From NCBI GenBank assembly GCA_965242585.1, contig OZ251460.1, positions 1,244,869 to 1,308,868 of the forward strand: 64,000 bases of DNA, given 5' to 3'. This document shows, one piece after another, positions 9,880 through 19,047 of the stretch. Both the position numbers and the translations under genes were made by a program. Position 1 is the stretch's first letter, and each line of letters opens with the position of its first letter. The DNA comes from Limisphaerales bacterium. Lineage in GTDB: Bacteria; Verrucomicrobiota; Verrucomicrobiia; Limisphaerales; AAA164-E04. The notes beneath the pieces are model-generated. The model was not told where the DNA came from, searched no databases, and was given only the letters and a program-made list of their open reading frames with translations.

Positions 9880-10088
9880 TGATTTAGTTAGTTATCAAAA
9901 GTCAATTGCTCGCATTGTTATGATACTATTATTCTCATTGTAGATATGCGATTCCCCTTACCTACATCGTAGTATACCTTTTCTTGTCAAGTAATGTTCG
10001 GGCTGGTAATGAAAGAGTGGAGTGTCTTCATTGTTAAAGCAAGAGGAGAGCGCCGGCGGGTGGAAAAGTTGGAAGAGGGAAATGATTT

Positions 10089-10535
10089 TCAAGAGGGGAT
10101 TTTGGCTTTCAGTTCTTCCACTTGACGTTTCAGATGCAGGTTTTCCAAACACGAGAAAATGCGGCAGTTGAGCAAAATGGGATTGAATAATTTGGGCATG
10201 TAATCAATCGCGCCTTTTTCAATGCAAGTGGCAATGCTTTCGATTTTATCCACTGCCGTGATCATAATGACCGGGATTTCGGCGATTTTGGGATTCTGTT
10301 TGATTGCCTCTAGAGTTTGGTAGCCGTCCAGCACGGGCATTTGAATGTCCAAAAGAATCAAGTCGACGGGTTTGTCTTGTAGGATGTCGAGCGCTTCCTG
10401 GCCGTTTTCGCATTGCAGGATGTTTTCAAATCCGATTTGGGCAAGGTGACGAGTCATCAATACGCGCATCATTCTGGTGTCTTCCACGACGAGGACGACG
10501 CGATCTTTGTATTCTGCGGGGATTTCTTGGGCCAT
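10089..10535 (-). CDS. Single-domain CheY-like response regulator
   Basis: 148 aa from ATG 10535 (MAQEIPAEYKDRVVLVVEDT...). The receiver signatures are VVED, LILLDIQMP (phospho-acceptor Asp) and ITA...K. The longer track ORF overlaps gcvPB and was rejected. Confidence 0.85.
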   Translation of the reverse strand: MAQEIPAEYKDRVVLVVEDTRMMRVLMTRHLAQIGFENILQCENGQEALDILQDKPVDLILLDIQMPVLDGYQTLEAIKQNPKIAEIPVIMITAVDKIESIATCIEKGAIDYMPKLFNPILLNCRIFSCLENLHLKRQVEELKAKIPS

Positions 10536-10537
10536 AT

Positions 10538-12004
10538 TTAGTTTGCGTTTACCTCCAGGATGCCGATGGCGGCGGTCTCGTCTTTCACAACTTTTGCGAC
10601 TTTGGTAGAGTGGGGTGCGGTTTCGATGGTGAACGGCGCTACGGCCGCTTCTCTGGCAACTCGCCGAAATTGTTCGATCATATGGTCCAGAGAGTTTTTG
10701 GTTTCTGTTTCTGTGGGTTCGATTAACATTGCGGCGTCGTATTCTTTTGCGAAGTGCACGCAGCCGGCGCCGACCAGCGTTGGGGGATGAATGCCGAAGT
10801 CGATCAATCGTTTGACGAAGTCGAACGCGCTGGTGGTCAACGAACCGCCGCTTAGCAGGCACTCGTGCATGCAGGGTTGATCAAAAATCGGGGGGAGAAG
10901 GTCCGCCAGTTTAACTTGCAGATAGTTGGCGTTTAGCACGGCGTTTTCCGATGCCAGTCGGAGTCCCTTTGCTCCTTGGGTAAGCAGGTAGCAGTAAGCT
11001 CGGAGCAACACTTCGGTGTGTCCGTAGTGGGATTTGATTCGCCCGATAGAGTTGGGACGGTCAAAATTTGGCGACGGCCGTCCGTCCTCCTTCTGGTTTC
11101 TTTGGATGACGGGCAGGGGAAGGTAGGGTTCTAGAAAAGCTTTGACACCCACTGGGCCGGCGCCCGGTCCGCCGCCGCCGTGGGGGGTTGAGAGAGTTTT
11201 GTGTGTGTTGATGTGGATCACGTCGAATCCCATGTCGCCGGGACGGACAAGCCCCATCAGCGCATTGAGGTTGGCGCCGTCGTAGTAAAGCAGGGAGCCG
11301 TTTTCGTGAATTTTCCTCGCAATTTGAACGATGTTTTTCTCAAACAAACCCAAAGTCGAGGGATTGGTGAGCATGAGGGCGGCGACTCGGTTGGTAAGCG
11401 CTTTGTCCATCTCGTCGATATTCATCAGCCCTTCGGGCGTGGTAGGCACGATTTGACAATCGTAACCGACCATAGCTGCGCTGGCGGGATTTGTTCCGTG
11501 TGCCGAGTCTGGAGTTAGGATGAGGTCGCGGCGTTCCCCTTTTTTTTCAAAGTGTTTTCGAATCATCAGGAGACCGGTGAATTCTCCGTGGGCTCCGGCG
11601 GCCGGATGCAGTGTAACTGCGTCCATACCGGTCAGCTCCGCAATAAAGCCCTGCAGCTCAAAGAATGCGTCCCAGATTCCTTGCAGGCTGGATTCGGGCT
11701 GCATGGGATGCGCTTTGGCGAAGCCATCCAGTTGGGCGAGGGCGTCGTTGCGTTTGGGATTATATTTCATCGTGCACGAACCCAAAGGATAGGGTCCGTT
11801 GTCGACGCCATAAGCTTGACGACTCAGGTTGGTAAAGTGGCGAACGACTTCGTGCTCGGAAAGTTCGGGCAAGTCTAGAGCTTTCTGCCGGACGGCGTCT
11901 GTTTCCAACCAGTGTGAAACGTCGATATCCTCGAAGTCGGGATCCGAAATTCCGGAGCCGCTGACTCCGGAGCGGCTGATGTCAAAAATTCCTGAATTTA
12001 GCAT
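10538..12004 (-). CDS. gcvPB: Glycine dehydrogenase (decarboxylating) subunit 2
   Basis: 488-aa ORF with typical P-protein C-terminal-subunit blocks (LGSCTMKYNP, HINTHKTLSTPHGGGGPG with the PLP lysine). It lies directly after gcvPA. Confidence 0.93.
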   Translation of the reverse strand: MLNSGIFDISRSGVSGSGISDPDFEDIDVSHWLETDAVRQKALDLPELSEHEVVRHFTNLSRQAYGVDNGPYPLGSCTMKYNPKRNDALAQLDGFAKAHPMQPESSLQGIWDAFFELQGFIAELTGMDAVTLHPAAGAHGEFTGLLMIRKHFEKKGERRDLILTPDSAHGTNPASAAMVGYDCQIVPTTPEGLMNIDEMDKALTNRVAALMLTNPSTLGLFEKNIVQIARKIHENGSLLYYDGANLNALMGLVRPGDMGFDVIHINTHKTLSTPHGGGGPGAGPVGVKAFLEPYLPLPVIQRNQKEDGRPSPNFDRPNSIGRIKSHYGHTEVLLRAYCYLLTQGAKGLRLASENAVLNANYLQVKLADLLPPIFDQPCMHECLLSGGSLTTSAFDFVKRLIDFGIHPPTLVGAGCVHFAKEYDAAMLIEPTETETKNSLDHMIEQFRRVAREAAVAPFTIETAPHSTKVAKVVKDETAAIGILEVNAN

Positions 12005-12016
12005 ATTGACGGGAAA

Positions 12017-13396
12017 TTAGTTGAGCGCGTGAAGCGCTTGCGCAAAGTGGCCGGCATATTCGTCTAGTTCGGTTTTTGTTTTCAATTCGGTGACGGCGAC
12101 CAGAAGCCGCTGTGAATTTTGCGATTCCCATTCAGAACAATCAATGCCTCCGAATATCCGTTTCTCCAGCAGGCGCGCAAGGAGTTTTGAGACGTCGCAA
12201 GGGAGTTCGAGCAAAAATTCGTTGAAAAACGATCCCGACTTGGCTCTTCGGACGCCCGGCAATTGAGCGAGCTGTGCCTCCAAATAATGCGCTTTGGCCA
12301 TGTTCAACTCGGCAACGCGGCAGAAGCCGAGCTCGCCGAGCGTGCTGAGGTAAACGCTGACTCGGAGCGCCAAAATGGCTTGGTTGGAGCAGATGTGGCT
12401 GGTGGCTTGGTGTCGAGCGACATGTTGTTCCCGTTCCTCTTTTACCAAAGCAAAGGCCGGTTCTCCTTTCAAATCCTGGCAGATGCCGACGATTCTTCCG
12501 GGGAGGAATTCTTCGTGTTCCGTCCGAGTGGCGATGACTCCCAAATAAGGACCTCCGGCGTTGAGTTCCAGTCCAAGCGGCTGCGCCTCGCAACAGACAA
12601 TGTCTGCGCCGTCTTGACCGGGAGGCGAAAGACAGCCGACGATCAAAGGATTGATGCTGGCAACGGTCTGCGCCGCCGCCGAATGGGAGAGTTGGCTAAT
12701 TGCCGCAATTTTTTCAAGAACGCCAAAGCGATTCGGAGATTGAACGACAATGCCGGCAGCGGGTTCTTCGGCCAGCAATTGCCGCGCGGCCTCGACGTCC
12801 ATTCGGCCTGTGTCCGGTTCGGCAGGCACGGGGACGAGTTTGACTTTTCGACCTCGAAGATAGGTTTTCAAAACTTGGAGGGATTGCGGCCAAAGGCTGG
12901 CCGACACCAACAACCGGTTCCGTTTGGAAATGCGGCAGGCCATCCAGGATGCCTCGGCAATAGCGGTCGAGCCGTCGTAGACCGAGCAGTTAACTGCGGG
13001 CCGTCCTAGAATTCTGCCGATAAGTTGCTGAAAATCATAAAGGACGCGGAGAATTCCTTGGCTCATTTCCGGTTGATACGGCGTGTAGGCCGTCAGAAAT
13101 TCCCCGCGCGAGGCAATGGCGCGAACCGTTTCGGGAATGTAATGCTGGTAAGCGCCGCCGCCGAGATAGGAACTGTGGGTTGTGATCGTGGCGTTTTGTT
13201 GCGCCAGAGATTCCAGTTTTCTTCTCAACGTCCATTCAGGCAAGGGACTCGGCAGATTGAGAGGGCGTTGCAAGCGGATAGAAGGGTCGATGGCGCCGAG
13301 CAGGTCCTCAACAGAATTCAAACCCATCTCCTTGAGCATCAAGGAGCGATCCGTCTTCGTGTGGACATTGTAACCCACTAATACATCGTTGCGCAT
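12017..13396 (-). CDS. gcvPA: Glycine dehydrogenase (decarboxylating) subunit 1
   Basis: 459-aa ORF with YLGGGAYQHYIP and TAYTPYQPE(M)SQG blocks. There is a 12-nt gap to gcvPB. Confidence 0.93.
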   Translation of the reverse strand: MRNDVLVGYNVHTKTDRSLMLKEMGLNSVEDLLGAIDPSIRLQRPLNLPSPLPEWTLRRKLESLAQQNATITTHSSYLGGGAYQHYIPETVRAIASRGEFLTAYTPYQPEMSQGILRVLYDFQQLIGRILGRPAVNCSVYDGSTAIAEASWMACRISKRNRLLVSASLWPQSLQVLKTYLRGRKVKLVPVPAEPDTGRMDVEAARQLLAEEPAAGIVVQSPNRFGVLEKIAAISQLSHSAAAQTVASINPLIVGCLSPPGQDGADIVCCEAQPLGLELNAGGPYLGVIATRTEHEEFLPGRIVGICQDLKGEPAFALVKEEREQHVARHQATSHICSNQAILALRVSVYLSTLGELGFCRVAELNMAKAHYLEAQLAQLPGVRRAKSGSFFNEFLLELPCDVSKLLARLLEKRIFGGIDCSEWESQNSQRLLVAVTELKTKTELDEYAGHFAQALHALN

Positions 13397-13482
13397 TGCC
13401 GAGCAGTATTATGTTTTTTGAACAGAAATAAAGAAATTTTTTGCAGAGATCTGAGCGGGGCGAAGGATGGCTGCTAGCAAAT

Positions 13483-14652
13483 TCAACGTTTCCCGAATGC
13501 CGAGATGATTTCTCGGGCTGCTTGGCGCGAAGCACCCGGCGGACCAAGCGATGAGGCCACTCGATCCAGCGCCGCCGCGATCCGAACTCTTTCTTCTGAA
13601 TCCAGCAGTCGAAGGGCTTCTTGGGCAATGGCTTTTGGCGTCGCGGCGTTCTGAATGAGTTCCGGGAAAATGGTTTCACCGGCGAGGATGTTGGGCATGG
13701 CAATATACCGAATCTTTACGGCCCATTTTGCGATTTGGTAGTCCAGCCAAGGCAGTTTGTAGATCACGACGGCAGGCACTCTTAAGTAAGCGCATTCGCG
13801 AGTCACCGCGCCCGAAGCGGCGATGGCGACGGTCGAACGTTGGAGAACTTCCGCCGCGTTGCCGACTTGCCGTTTGACGTCTGGGGGGAGCATTGTCTGA
13901 AAACGTTGCATCAAGTCTGGATGGGGAGTGACGACGGTTGCTTGGCATTTTTGGAAGCGGCGAAGTTTTTCAAACGCTTCCAGCATCAGCGGCAAGTGTC
14001 GTCCGATTTCCTGCGGGCGGCTTCCGGGAAGCAAGGCGATTTGCGGCGGAGAACTGGACGACGCGGAAGCATTCGCACGGGGAGAGAAATGGCGGAAGCG
14101 CGTCGCCATTGGGTCGCCGACGTATTTTACTGGGAGCTTGGGGAAACGCTCGCGATACCAGTTTTTCTCGAAAGGAAAAATGCTGATCACCAGATCAACC
14201 GTGGACGCCAGCACTGCGGCCCGGCCGGCGCGCGAAGCCCAAACTTGGGGAGGAACGTAGTAAATAATTCGCGGCGTCCAATTGGCAAATAAATTTGATC
14301 TTTTGTCGCTCCAAGAACGAAGCGCTTTGGCGAAACGAAGATTAAAACCTCCGTAATCCACTAGAATGATCCATTGGGGTTGTCTTTGCTTGGCTTCCTT
14401 TAAAACTTGGCGAAAAATTCTTTTGAAGTGAAAAAATCTTCGCATGACGTCGAACAGGCCGAAGACTGTCAAACGGGTCATGTTCTCCAAAAGATCCACT
14501 CCCGCGTCCTTGAGTTTGGGACCGCCAATGCCAAAAAAACTCGGAATCAACTCGCCTTTTCCAATGGCGCGCCGGATTTCAGACACCAAATCGGCCGCCA
14601 AAGCATCGCCGCTTGGCTCTCCCGCCAAGATCATGACCTTGCCTCGTTGCAT
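13483..14652 (-). CDS. lpxB: Lipid-A-disaccharide synthase
   Basis: It has the ILAGEPSGD N-terminus and LPGSR, with overall LpxB length. I chose the start at ATG 14652 (MQRGKVMILAGEPSGD). The track ORF extends to 14769. Confidence 0.85.
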   Translation of the reverse strand: MQRGKVMILAGEPSGDALAADLVSEIRRAIGKGELIPSFFGIGGPKLKDAGVDLLENMTRLTVFGLFDVMRRFFHFKRIFRQVLKEAKQRQPQWIILVDYGGFNLRFAKALRSWSDKRSNLFANWTPRIIYYVPPQVWASRAGRAAVLASTVDLVISIFPFEKNWYRERFPKLPVKYVGDPMATRFRHFSPRANASASSSSPPQIALLPGSRPQEIGRHLPLMLEAFEKLRRFQKCQATVVTPHPDLMQRFQTMLPPDVKRQVGNAAEVLQRSTVAIAASGAVTRECAYLRVPAVVIYKLPWLDYQIAKWAVKIRYIAMPNILAGETIFPELIQNAATPKAIAQEALRLLDSEERVRIAAALDRVASSLGPPGASRQAAREIISAFGKR

Positions 14653-14931
14653 TGCCTCTGAATTTTGAAACTTTGTCCAACCGCGTCGGAGCAGTCTCTG
14701 CTCAGCGGAGAATGAAGATAAAGCGAGCGTTGTTCCAGTGTCACGTTGCTTTCTCGCCGGCGCCGACAAATTTCTGTGTATCGCTTCCCTTTTTTAACAT
14801 GCCCAGAAAAGTAAAAGCCGGAGGCGGGAAATCCAAGCGGGGAAACTCTGAGAATTCAAAGTGGCTTTTTGTAAATTCTCCCCTTACACTCCTTCCCGCC
14901 ACAAGCAAATCGCAAAAGAAACCAAACAGCA

Positions 14932-15849
14932 ATGGCGTTGACAAACGCAGTAACCTTGAGCGGCGTTTCCAAGTCCTACGGAAAACACCGGGCGGTAGAA
15001 AATCTGGATTTGCGGGTACCCGAAAGGAGCGTTTACGGATTCATCGGGCCGAATGGTTCGGGCAAAACCACGATCCTTCGAATGATCTTGCGCATTATCC
15101 ATCCGGACGAAGGGGCAATCGAAGTGATGGGGCGAACAAGCACGCGGGCGGCAAACGACCAAATCGGATATCTCCCCGAAGAGCGGGGACTTTACAAAAA
15201 AATGACCGTCCAGCGGCTGTTGCTCTATTATGCAAAGCTCAAACAAACCCCAAAAGCAGAGGCGAAACAACAGATAGACCGCTGGTTGCAACGAATGGAA
15301 CTGCTGGACTGGAGAAGCAAAAAGATCGAAACGCTGTCCAAGGGCATGGCGCAAAAGGTTCAATTCATCGCCACGGTAATTTCCCGCCCCAAACTCGTTA
15401 TCTTGGACGAACCGTTTTCCGGCTTAGATCCCGTCAACTTGAATGTGATTCGAGAATCGATTGTGTCGCTGCGAAAAGAAGGGACAACCGTCATTCTTTC
15501 CACCCACGACATGGAAATGGCCGAGCGAATGTGCGATTCGATTTTCATGATTTATCAGGGGAAAAAGGTGTTGAACGGCACCTTGCAATCCATTCAGCAA
15601 CGATACGGCGAAGATACCATTCGAATGTCCGTGGACGGCGACAAACGAAAAGTAGCGGCGTTGACGGGCGTCGAAGATTGGAGGGATTTTGGGCAATATC
15701 AGGAGATTCGGTTTTCCGGAGACGCGCAAACGCTCTTGCAACAGTTAGCAAATACGGTGCGTCTCAAATCCTTCGCGGTAACGAAACCGTCGCTGCACGA
15801 CATTTTTGTTCGAATTGCCTCGCCCCAGAAACCGGCCGCCAATGAATAA
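14932..15849 (+). CDS. ABC transporter ATP-binding protein (ABC-2/NatA-like)
   Basis: It has Walker A GPNGSGKTT, the signature LSKGMAQK and Walker B LVILDEP. Its stop overlaps the start of the permease gene. Confidence 0.9.
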   Translation: MALTNAVTLSGVSKSYGKHRAVENLDLRVPERSVYGFIGPNGSGKTTILRMILRIIHPDEGAIEVMGRTSTRAANDQIGYLPEERGLYKKMTVQRLLLYYAKLKQTPKAEAKQQIDRWLQRMELLDWRSKKIETLSKGMAQKVQFIATVISRPKLVILDEPFSGLDPVNLNVIRESIVSLRKEGTTVILSTHDMEMAERMCDSIFMIYQGKKVLNGTLQSIQQRYGEDTIRMSVDGDKRKVAALTGVEDWRDFGQYQEIRFSGDAQTLLQQLANTVRLKSFAVTKPSLHDIFVRIASPQKPAANE

Positions 15850-17161
15850 AATCATCACAATTGCGTCCACCGAATACGTCAACGCGCTTCGAAGCAAAGC
15901 GTTTCTCATCGGTCTTTTGGCGATGCCGCTTATGGTAGGGTTGATGATCATCGTGCCGCAACTCACCAAAGACAAAGTAGACCTTTCTGACCGAAAGTTC
16001 GCGATAGTCGACTTCAGCGGACGGCTTGGCGCAGTTATCGTTCAGCAAGCCGAAGAGCGCAACAAAACCGGCGTCTTTTCCAACGGAGATGACGAAAGAA
16101 CAAAGCGCCGACAAGCGCAACCCCGGTTCCTCCCCGAACTGATTGCGCTGGGAAACGCCACTTGGGAAGACCACGTCCTGCAATTGTCGAATCGCGTTCG
16201 CGACAAAGAAATATTTGCCTTTGTCTTGATTAGCGGAACAGTGTCGGATTGGGGCGACGAAGGACGCATTGCCTATCACACCCAAACGCCGACTTTCCAA
16301 GCGTTGCCCTCGTGGTTGGAGCGAATCATCAATCAAGAAGTGCGGCGAATTCGATTTGAGCGGGAAGGATTGGATTCGCAGCTGATCCAAGAAATCACCC
16401 GGCAAGTCAACGTTGAGCGGCTTGGATTGGCTTCGCAAAGCGAATCAGGAGAAATCCAAGCGGCGAAAAAAGAAAACCAAATCGCCACCTTTGCCATTCC
16501 CGCTGTTTCCATGCTCTTGCTTTTCATGATGGTAATGTCCAGCACGCCGGCCCTGCTAAACAGCGTTTTGGAAGAGAAAATGCAGAAAATCATCGAAGTG
16601 TTGCTTTCATCCGTCACGCCGTTTCAATTGATGATGGGAAAACTGCTGGCAACGGTGTCGGTGGCCGCAACTCTTTCGGCTCTCTATCTGGTTGCCTTGA
16701 CTTGGGTTGCTGGGAATCGCGGCTTTTTGGAGTTGATTCCGCTTCCTTTGTTCTTTTGGTTCTTCTTCTTTTTAATTCTCGCCATTTTGATTTTTGGCTC
16801 CATATTTCTCGCCATCGGATCCACTTGCAACGAAATTCAGGATGCGCAAAGTTTGATGGTTCCCGCCATGCTTTTGGTGATGATTCCGGTGATGACCTGG
16901 TTGCCGATTCTTCAATCACCGACGGGGACCTTCGCTCGTTGGATGTCTCTCTTCCCTCCGGCTACGCCAATGTTGATGATGCTTCGAATGGCGATCCCGC
17001 CGGGGTTGCCTTGGTGGGAAATTCTCCTCGGAGTCGGCGTAGCGATTGGTTTTACACTTTTGACGGTGGCAAGCGCCGCCAAAATCTTCCGCATCGGCGT
17101 CCTTTCACAAGGACAAACGCCCTCCTTTGGCCGAATGCTCCAATGGTTGCTGTCCAAATAA
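15842..17161 (+). CDS. ABC-2 family transporter permease
   Basis: It has one N-terminal TM, a large loop, then about 5 C-terminal TM helices. The start ATG 15842 overlaps the ATPase stop (ATGAATAA), which suggests coupling. Confidence 0.8.
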   Translation: MNKIITIASTEYVNALRSKAFLIGLLAMPLMVGLMIIVPQLTKDKVDLSDRKFAIVDFSGRLGAVIVQQAEERNKTGVFSNGDDERTKRRQAQPRFLPELIALGNATWEDHVLQLSNRVRDKEIFAFVLISGTVSDWGDEGRIAYHTQTPTFQALPSWLERIINQEVRRIRFEREGLDSQLIQEITRQVNVERLGLASQSESGEIQAAKKENQIATFAIPAVSMLLLFMMVMSSTPALLNSVLEEKMQKIIEVLLSSVTPFQLMMGKLLATVSVAATLSALYLVALTWVAGNRGFLELIPLPLFFWFFFFLILAILIFGSIFLAIGSTCNEIQDAQSLMVPAMLLVMIPVMTWLPILQSPTGTFARWMSLFPPATPMLMMLRMAIPPGLPWWEILLGVGVAIGFTLLTVASAAKIFRIGVLSQGQTPSFGRMLQWLLSK

Positions 17162-17296
17162 TCCCAACTTTGACGCAGCGGTGCTTTGAATCTGGGAAAA
17201 ACAAAGCCGAGAATTTCATCGATACCCGTCGGAATGTTTCCGTTTTTGGCGGGGTTGATGCTGGAATCGCCGGACTCATCCCAACAACAGACAATT

Positions 17297-18961
17297 ATGT
17301 TTGGAAGCCGTAGGCCGAGAATGTGGCGTTGGACGCGCGCAGCGGCGATTTTCGTTTCAGCGGCGCTGTTAACGCTGTCGATTAGTCGGTTGGATCCGAC
17401 GGCTTTTTGGTTGGCGCTACAAGGAGCGAATCCGCTGGGGCTGTTGCTGGCCTTGGGAATTTTCGGGGCGAGTCTCTTCTTCGCTTCATGGCGGTGGCAT
17501 CTAATGTTGCGCATTGGGGGGAACGCGGTGCATCCGGGAGCCAGTGTTCGAAGCGCCCTCATTGGCCATTGCGCTCACACGTTTTTATTTGGAGCGGTGG
17601 GCGGCGACGTGGCGAAGTCGTGGATTTACGCCCGTTGGTACCAATTAAAAAGCGCGGAAGTGTTGGGCGCGGCGCCCTTGGATCGTTTGATGGCTTTGGC
17701 GGGGGCGATTGCCTTTGGTCTTTTGACGATGGGCTTGGGGATTTTTTCGGGCGGATTTGAGCCTCTGCGCGATCGCTCGTTGCTGTTGCCGGTGGTTTGG
17801 ATTTTTGGAGTAACGGGGATTGCGGCTTTGACGGCGCTGGCCGTCTCCCAATGGCGCGGAACGCGATTTCAATCGCTGGATCGTTTTCGAAAAACTTTGA
17901 GGCAAAGTGGAGCGAAGTTATTGCAGGATCGAAGCGCGCTGTTCAAGAGCGGTTTGGCCGCCTTCGGCGTGCATGCTTGTTTGAGTTTCACAATGGCAGT
18001 TTGTTTGGCTTCGGTTTCTGAGGCGGAGATTCCCTGGCTTTCGGCGCTGTGGTTGTTCCCGGTCATCTCAATGATTTCAGGGCTACCGATCGGAGTAGGA
18101 GGCGCCGGATGGAGAGAAGGCTCGGCGCTGGTTCTTTTGGGCTTCTTCGGAATTCCGGCGGAGGACGCAGTGGCCGCGGCCTTGTTCAATCTGATGATTG
18201 GCTTCGCTTGGTGCGCAGTGGGTTTTGCAACCTGGAGGCGCGGCGAAGCAGAGTTAGCGCCGATAAAAAACAAAACTTTGCCGCGGACGATTTCCGTAGT
18301 GATCCCGACGTGGAACGAAGCGGATTCATTGGCGAAAACAGTGCGCTCCGCCAAATGTTTGCCTGAGGTCAAGGAAATTCTGCTGGCAGACGGAGGCAGC
18401 AAGGATAGAACGCTGGAGATTGGAAGATCGTTGGGCTGCCTGATTTTTCAAACGGCGAAAGGGCGGGGAACCCAAATGCGGACAGCGGCTCGATGCGCCT
18501 CAGGCGACGTCGTTTTGCTACTGCACGCAGACACAGTGTTGCCAAAGGACGGCGGACGGCTTTTGTTGAATGTGTTTCGAGATCGACGGGTGGTCGGCGG
18601 GGGGTTTTGGAAGCGGTTTGACCGGCCAAGCGTTTGGACTTGGGGATCGCGGCTTCGTTGTTTGATCCGATTGTATCCCGGCGGCCTCGTGCTGGGAGAT
18701 CAAGCTATGTTCGTTCGAAGAACAGTGCTGGAAACACTGGGCGGCGTGCCGGACATTCCCTTGATGGAAGAGTTTGAATTATGCCGCCGGTTAAACCAGA
18801 CAGGACGCTTATCCTTGGCGGACGGAACGGTAGTCACTTCAGCGCGAAAGTTTCACCAACTGGGCGGGTGGAAAACATATTGGTTAATGTGGCAAGTAAC
18901 CGTTCGTTACTACTTAGGCGCGCCAGTTCATAAGTTGGCGGAAATATATTCCGGGAAGTAG
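17297..18961 (+). CDS. Fusion: flippase-like multi-TM domain (UPF0104/LPG-synthase TM family) + family-2 glycosyltransferase
   Basis: The N-terminal ~330 aa are polytopic. The C-terminal part is a GT2 (ISVVIPTWNEADSL ... LLADGGSKDRT ... LLLHADTVLP). The start is uncertain: the track begins at TTG 17186, and I chose ATG 17297. Confidence 0.75.
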   Translation: MFGSRRPRMWRWTRAAAIFVSAALLTLSISRLDPTAFWLALQGANPLGLLLALGIFGASLFFASWRWHLMLRIGGNAVHPGASVRSALIGHCAHTFLFGAVGGDVAKSWIYARWYQLKSAEVLGAAPLDRLMALAGAIAFGLLTMGLGIFSGGFEPLRDRSLLLPVVWIFGVTGIAALTALAVSQWRGTRFQSLDRFRKTLRQSGAKLLQDRSALFKSGLAAFGVHACLSFTMAVCLASVSEAEIPWLSALWLFPVISMISGLPIGVGGAGWREGSALVLLGFFGIPAEDAVAAALFNLMIGFAWCAVGFATWRRGEAELAPIKNKTLPRTISVVIPTWNEADSLAKTVRSAKCLPEVKEILLADGGSKDRTLEIGRSLGCLIFQTAKGRGTQMRTAARCASGDVVLLLHADTVLPKDGGRLLLNVFRDRRVVGGGFWKRFDRPSVWTWGSRLRCLIRLYPGGLVLGDQAMFVRRTVLETLGGVPDIPLMEEFELCRRLNQTGRLSLADGTVVTSARKFHQLGGWKTYWLMWQVTVRYYLGAPVHKLAEIYSGK

Positions 18962-19018
18962 CGCCAAGCTGGAAAAGAGAACACTAATCTCTTCTCATTT
19001 CACTTTTGACTAAACTAT

Positions 19019-19038
19019 TACTAATTACTAAATACTAA
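19019..19038 (+). repeat. Three tandem 7-bp units TACTAA(T/A) just upstream of panB-moaC
   Basis: TACTAA occurs at 19019, 19026 and 19033. These lie 10-29 nt upstream of ATG 19048. Confidence 0.6.
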
Positions 19039-19047
19039 TTATGAGAA

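Noticed and set aside
10536-10862. An N-terminal extension of the response-regulator ORF (the track gives 257 aa).
   Set aside because: The extension is Arg-rich junk that fully overlaps the gcvPB C-terminus. The receiver domain begins at ATG 10535.
13397-13482. A possible glycine riboswitch upstream of gcvPA.
   Set aside because: Only 86 nt are available. The region is AT-rich and lacks the conserved GGAGAG...CACCG-type cores or tandem aptamer structure.
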